Below are positions 58,482-64,000 of a stretch of 64,000 nucleotides of DNA, in pieces. The DNA comes from Amphiscolops sp. MND2022. Taxonomy: Eukaryota. A model generated the notes under the pieces. That model worked only from the letters and a program-made list of their open reading frames with translations. It did no database searches and had not been told where the DNA came from. The stretch's first letter is position 1, and each line of letters opens with the position of its first letter. The stretch lies in NCBI GenBank assembly GCA_964187785.1, contig OZ076409.1, forward strand, positions 76,386,001 through 76,450,000, given 5' to 3'. Position numbers and translations under genes: made by a program.

Positions 58482-61400
58482 GTGCGGGGGGGTAACCCCA
58501 ACAAATATATTGGAGGATTCGGGTAGGGTCCTGAATCCGATTTTAACTCTAATAGCTATCGATAGGAAATCGTGCAAAAATTTCGGGATCTCGTGATCTA
58601 ACCATAGGATTTTAAAGTTGGAGCGGCCCCCACCAGATTTTCCAAAGTTATTCGCCCCCCACCGGGTTCCAGCGTGATTGAAATATTCTGACGGGGTACA
58701 CGGGCGACCGTTAGGGGTCATTTTGGGGGTAAAATTTATATCCGGTCGCATAACTTTTTTCCTGTTGGTTTAAAACTTTGGGACCCTGCTAAAAGTTTCT
58801 TGACCTTGTTGCAGTGGCTCCGGATGTCCAAACCAAATTTTTCTATCTTGAAGCTATCTCCAAGTACCCCCCCGCCCAAACCGTTATTTTTCCGGAAACG
58901 CAGGTTTTTGACCCGGAAGGAGTCGTCTGAGCGCGGGGTCGTTAGGTGATGTATTGGGGACGGCCTTGAGACGAAGCGGGGGATATATAGTTTGCCGACC
59001 CCAGTTCACCCCCCGCACGGGAAATGACCGTTATATGAGCGGGAAAAATGCCCCCCTCCACGTTTTACCGCTATTTCCGGTGTGAAGGAGTGGGAGTAGC
59101 GCGTCGGGTGTTATATAACAAAAGTAGGTTTAGACAAGGACCTATCGGAAACATGTAGTTTGGGACCCCCTGGACCAACCCGTTAGCGGGAAATGGGGCT
59201 TCCGCCTGCTTTTTTTACTGCTAAAACCGTAAAATGGGCATTGAGGGGTAAATATCTCGTGAACGCGTGGAGCAATCGTGTCCATCACTACTACAAGGTT
59301 TCATACCCATGATATGGTGCCTTCAGGGGGGCAAACAGATTTCCGCTATCTATCACCGTTACCGACTTGGCCCCCCAGCCTAACCGCTATGTGACCGGAA
59401 ATGTCACTTTTTGAGCCTAAAGGGTCGGTCCCAGCCGGGGAACGTTAGGTAACTTATTGTAGTACTCAATGAGACGAGTAGGGGGATACAGTTTCAGTCA
59501 CCCCCCGTTACCCCTTGGGACCGGAAATGACCGTTATGTGGGTAAAATTGCGATTTTTGTACTTTTTGAAGGGCAATTAGGTGCGGAAGGAGTGGTAATA
59601 GGTGCTTGGACACTATTTGAGGTAAGGGAGGACGTGAGGCGAGCATTCGGAAATAACCGTTATGTTGACCCCAAAGTCCCCCTGGTACCGTAAACGACCG
59701 GAAATGGTCAAATTTTGTGTCTATTGGGTACAAATGTTTATTATTTTGTAGATAAAAGTTTCTTTTAGGTGTTTCGACGGTCTGCAATAGTGAACATAGT
59801 CATGAAACCTTGTGGGGGGTAACGGGGTATATAGCACCGGAAGTCCAAACCGTTGGACACAGGATAGGTTTTTGGTTTGAAAATGTCTTTCGGCGTACTT
59901 TTGTCGACTATTATGGACTATTATTAAAAATTAAAGTTTTTCCATATAGTTTCAGAGACTCCGAAACCTCAACCAACATAACCGTTACATTTTGATAGCC
60001 TTTCAAGTTGGCCTGGTGTCAACTTGGAAGCGCTATCCTTCTGAAATCGTTAATCAAGAGTGTTTTTGGGTAGGTATATATTGCATTAGTACCAATTAGA
60101 GCTTCATCAACAGTGTATCAACGACAAAAACTATGCCGTCATGATTCCGTTATCAGAATCATAGTGAGCAAATTGTTGAAAAAAATGGTTTTTTCCATAC
60201 AAAATGTGTCCTAAATGCCAGGAAACCTATTTACCTAACAAATGGTATTAATTGGAATGTATGTAACAGAGTTATAAAAGTTCAAATTGAATATTACATT
60301 TCATTATGGAAGCTGAAACGTCATATTTTAGTTTAATTAACGTCAACGCCACACACTTTACATCAACGCCCACCGTCTGTGGGCATGCCGAGGCATGCCC
60401 TTCGACGACGTATACCAAATACATACCCAAACGACGCCCGTACATCCCGGGCTAGGTGCGGGGGGGAAACCCCATCCCTTATCTTGGAGGATTCGGGTAG
60501 GGTCCTGAATCCGAGTTCAGTGCCGCCAGCTCTCAGTAGAAATCTGGGAAATTTTTTGCGATCTCGTGATCTAACCATAGGATTTTAAAGTTGGAGCGGC
60601 CCCCACCAGATTTTCCAAAGTTATTCGCCCCCCACCGGGTTCCAGCGTGATTGAAATATTTTGTCGGGGTACACGGGCGACCGTTAGGGGTCATTTTGGG
60701 GGTAAAATTTATATCCGGTCGCATAACTTTTTTCCTGTTGGATTAAAACTTTGGGACCCTGCTAAAAGTTTCTTGACCGTGTTGCGGGGGCTCCGGAGGT
60801 CCAAACCAAATTTTTCTATCTTGAAGCTATCTCCAAGTACCCCCCCGCCCAAACCGTTATTTTTCCGGAAACGCAGGTTTTTGACCCGGAAGGAGTCGTC
60901 TGAGCGCGGGGTCGTTAGGTGATGTATTGGGGACGGCCTTGAGACGAAGCGGGGGATATATAGTTTGCCGACCCCAGTTTACCCCCCGGACGGAAAATGA
61001 CCGTTATATGAGCGGGAAAAATGCCCCCCTCCACGTTTTACCGCTATTTCCGGTGTGAAGGAGTGGGAGTAGCGCTTCGGGTGCCATATATCAAAAATAA
61101 GTTTAGACAAGGACCTATCGGAAACATGTAGTTTGGGACCCCCTGGACCAACCCGTTAGCGGGAAATGGGGCTTCCGCCTCCTTTTTTTACTGCTAAAAC
61201 CGTAAAATGGGCATTGAGGGGTAAATATCTCGTGAACGCGTGGAGCAATCGTGTCCATCACTACTACAAGGTTTCATACCCATGATATGGTGCCTTCAGG
61301 GGGGCAAACAGATTTCCGCTATCTATCACCGTTACCGACTTGGCCCCCCAGCCTAACCGCTATGTGACCGGAAATGTCACTTTTTGAGCCCAAAGGGTCG

Positions 61401-64000
61401 GTCCCAGCCGGGGAACGTTAGGTAACTTATTGTAGTACTCAATGCGACGAGTTGGGGGATATAGTTTCAGTCAACCCCCGTTACCCCTTGGGACCGGAAA
61501 TGGCCGTTATGTGGGTAAAATTGCAATTTTTATACTTTTTCAAGTGTATTTAGGTGCGGAAGGAGTGGTAATAGGTGCTTGGACACTATATGATGTAATG
61601 GAGGTCGTGAGGAGAGCATTCGGAAATAACCGTTATGTTGACCCCAAAGTCCCCCTGGTACCGTTAACGACCGGAACTGGCCAAATTTTGTGTCTATTGG
61701 GTACAAATGTTTCGTATTTTATGGATAAAAGTACCTGGAAGGTGTTTTAAAGGCCTCCAGAAGTGAACATAGTCATGAAACCTTGTGGGGGGTAACGGTA
61801 TATAGCACCGGAAGTCCAAACCGTTAGTTACAGAATATGTTTTTTGGTTTCAAAATGTCTTTAGGCGTAGTTTTGTGGGTTGAATCGTCATAATATCAAC
61901 TAATACGGACTTTTTTCGGAAATAAAATTTTTTCACATTAGTTTCAGGGACCTCCAATGTTTCAGTCAACATAACCGTTACATTTTGATAGCCTTTCAAG
62001 TTGGCCTGGTGTCAACTTGGAAGGGCTATCCTTCTAAAATCGTTAATCAAGAGTGTTTTTGGGTAGGTATATGTTGCATTAGTACCAATTAGAGCTTCAT
62101 CAACAGTTTGCCAACGGCAAAAACGATGTCGTGATAATTCCGTTATAAGAATATTAATTAACAAATTGTTTCCAAAGTTGATTTTTTCCATTCGAAATGT
62201 GTCCTAATGCCACCAAATTGAATAAAATAATAAATGGTATTGACTAAACCTAAATAACATTGAAAAAGAAGCTCAACATTTTTAATAGGTCTCATTATGG
62301 AAGCTGAAACCTCACGTTTTAACTTAATTAACGTCAACGCCACATACTTTACATCAACGCCCACCGTCTGTGGGCATGCCGAGGCATGCCCTTCGACGAC
62401 GTATACCAATTACATATATATCTACACCCACCCGCGGTAGCCGCTAGGTGCGGGGGGGTAACCCCAACAAATATATTGGAGGATTCGGGTAGGGTCCTGA
62501 ATCCGATTTTAACTCTAATAGCTATCGATAGGAAATCTTGCAAAAATTTCGGGATCTCGTGATCTAACCATAGGATTTTAAAGTTGGAGCGGCCCCCACC
62601 AGATTTTCCGAAAATTAGCGCCCCCCACCGGGTTCCATACCCCGGAAAATTTTTTTCTGGCCACACGGGCAACCGTTAGGGGGTCATTTTAGGGGTAAAA
62701 TTCATATTGGGCCACATAACTTTTTTTCTGTTGATTTAAAACTTTGGAACCCTGCTAAAAGTTTCTTGACCGTGTTGCAGGGGCCCCGAAGGTCCAAACC
62801 AAATTTTTCTATCTTGAAGCTATCTCCAAGTACCCCCCCGCTCAAACCGTTATTTTTCCGGAAACGCAGGTTTTTGACCCGGAAGGAGTCGTCTGAGCGC
62901 GGGGTCGTTAGGTGATGTATTGGGGACGGCCTTGAGACGAAGTGGGGGACAAGTAGTTTGCCAACCTCAATTTACCCCCCGGACGGGAAATGACCGTTAT
63001 ATGAGCGTGAAAAATGCCCCCCTCCACGTTTTACCGCTATTTCCGGTGTGAAGGAGTGGGAGTAGCGCGTCGGGTGTTATATAACAAAAGTAGGTTTAGA
63101 CAAGGACCTATCGGAAACATGTAGTTTGGGACCCCCTGGACCAACCCGTTAGCGGGAAATGGGGCTTCCGCCTCCTTTTTTTAGTGCTAAAACCGTAAAA
63201 TGGGCATTGAGGGGTAAATATCTCGTGAACGCGTGGAGCAATCGTGTCCATCACTACTACAAGGTTTCATACCCATGATATGGTGCCTTCAGGGGGGCAA
63301 ACAGATTTCCGCTATCTATCACCGTTACCGACTTGGCCCCCCAGCCTAACCGCTATGTGACCGGAAATGTCACTTTTTGAGCCCAAAGGGTCGGTCCCAG
63401 CCGGGGAACGTTAGGTAACTTATTGTAGTACTCAATGAGACGAGTTGAGGGATATAGTTTCAGTCACCCCCCGTTACCCCTTGGGACCGGAAATGACCGT
63501 TATGTGGGTAAAATTGCAATTTTTATACTTTTCAAGTGTATTTAGGTGCGGAAGGAGTGGTAATAGGTGCTTGGACACTATATGAGGTAAGGGAGGACGT
63601 GAGGCGAGCATTCGGAAATAACCGTTATGTTGACCCTAAAGTCCCCCTGGTACCGTAAACGACCGGAAATGGTCAAATTTTATGTCTATTGGGTACAAAT
63701 GTTTTGTATTTTGTAGATAAAAGTATCTATTAGGTGTTTCGACGGTCTACAGTAGTGAACATAGTCATGAAACCTTGTGGGGGGTAACGGTATATAGCAC
63801 CGGAAGTCAAACCGTTGGAGACAGGATAGGTTTTTTGGTTTTAAAATGTCTTTCGGCGTAATTTTTTCGACTCTTGTGGACTATTTTTAAAAATTAAAGT
63901 TTTTCCATATAGTTTCAGAGACTCCGAAACCTCAACCAACATAACCGTTACCTTATGATAGCCTTTCAAGTTGGCCTGGTGTCAACTTGGAAGCGCTATC
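58482..64000 (+). mobile_element. Three family-A units (1974 bp, 1992 bp, last one partial)
   Basis: Units 58482-60455, 60456-62447 and 62448->64000, colinear with 1402-3376. Confidence 0.85.

Larger units (their letters stand above)
1..64000 (+). repeat. Heterogeneous head-to-tail tandem array of Helitron-like units (35 units, 34 CTRG|GTG junctions)
   Basis: The last base of CTAG/CTGG falls at 1401, 3376, 5350, 7321, 8590, 9869, 11142, 12422, 13706, 14992, 16273, 18242, 19546, 22617 (CTGG), 24006, 25292, 26570, 27839, 29104, 30414, 31683, 32972, 34227, 35506, 47988, 49281, 50570, 51843, 54635, 55916, 57201, 58481, 60455 and 62447. Each is followed directly by GTG. The exact cut point inside CTAGGTG cannot be fixed from the array alone. 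Confidence 0.93.

Noticed and set aside
1325..62400. CRISPR-like array (palindromic repeat with variable intervening DNA)
   Set aside because: Spacing is 1.3-3 kb, the intervening sequences are homologous to each other, there are no cas genes, and the context is eukaryotic.
1..64000. True bacterial integron
   Set aside because: No IntI tyrosine recombinase and the cassettes are non-coding. The resemblance is architectural only.

Overview
Eukaryotic repeat DNA, probably from an animal. The whole 64 kb is one uninterrupted, same-orientation, head-to-tail array of 35 units (33 complete, 2 cut by the window edges). All 34 junctions read CTAG|GTG, except one CTGG|GTG, with no host DNA and no target-site duplication. 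One unit (35507-47988, 12.5 kb) is an apparently intact, autonomous Helitron-like rolling-circle element. It encodes a ~2370-aa HUH-Rep/PIF1-helicase with a C-terminal SLX1-like GIY-YIG nuclease, an SGNH-hydrolase-like protein and a probable OB-fold/Zn-ribbon ssDNA-binding protein. The other units are non-coding and belong to several diverged families (mostly 1.26-1.31 kb or ~1.97 kb). Near-identical copies recur with different neighbours, like shuffled cassettes. Every unit type examined carries a 5' hairpin with a constant KAGGG loop and co-varying stems. Most units also carry a bulged internal hairpin and a 3' palindrome that matches a p53-family response element. My best reading (inference) is a self-targeting rolling-circle element that builds an integron-like cassette array by inserting at its own end-to-end junction. 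Coordinates were counted by hand and all domain calls come from motif recognition, not database searches.
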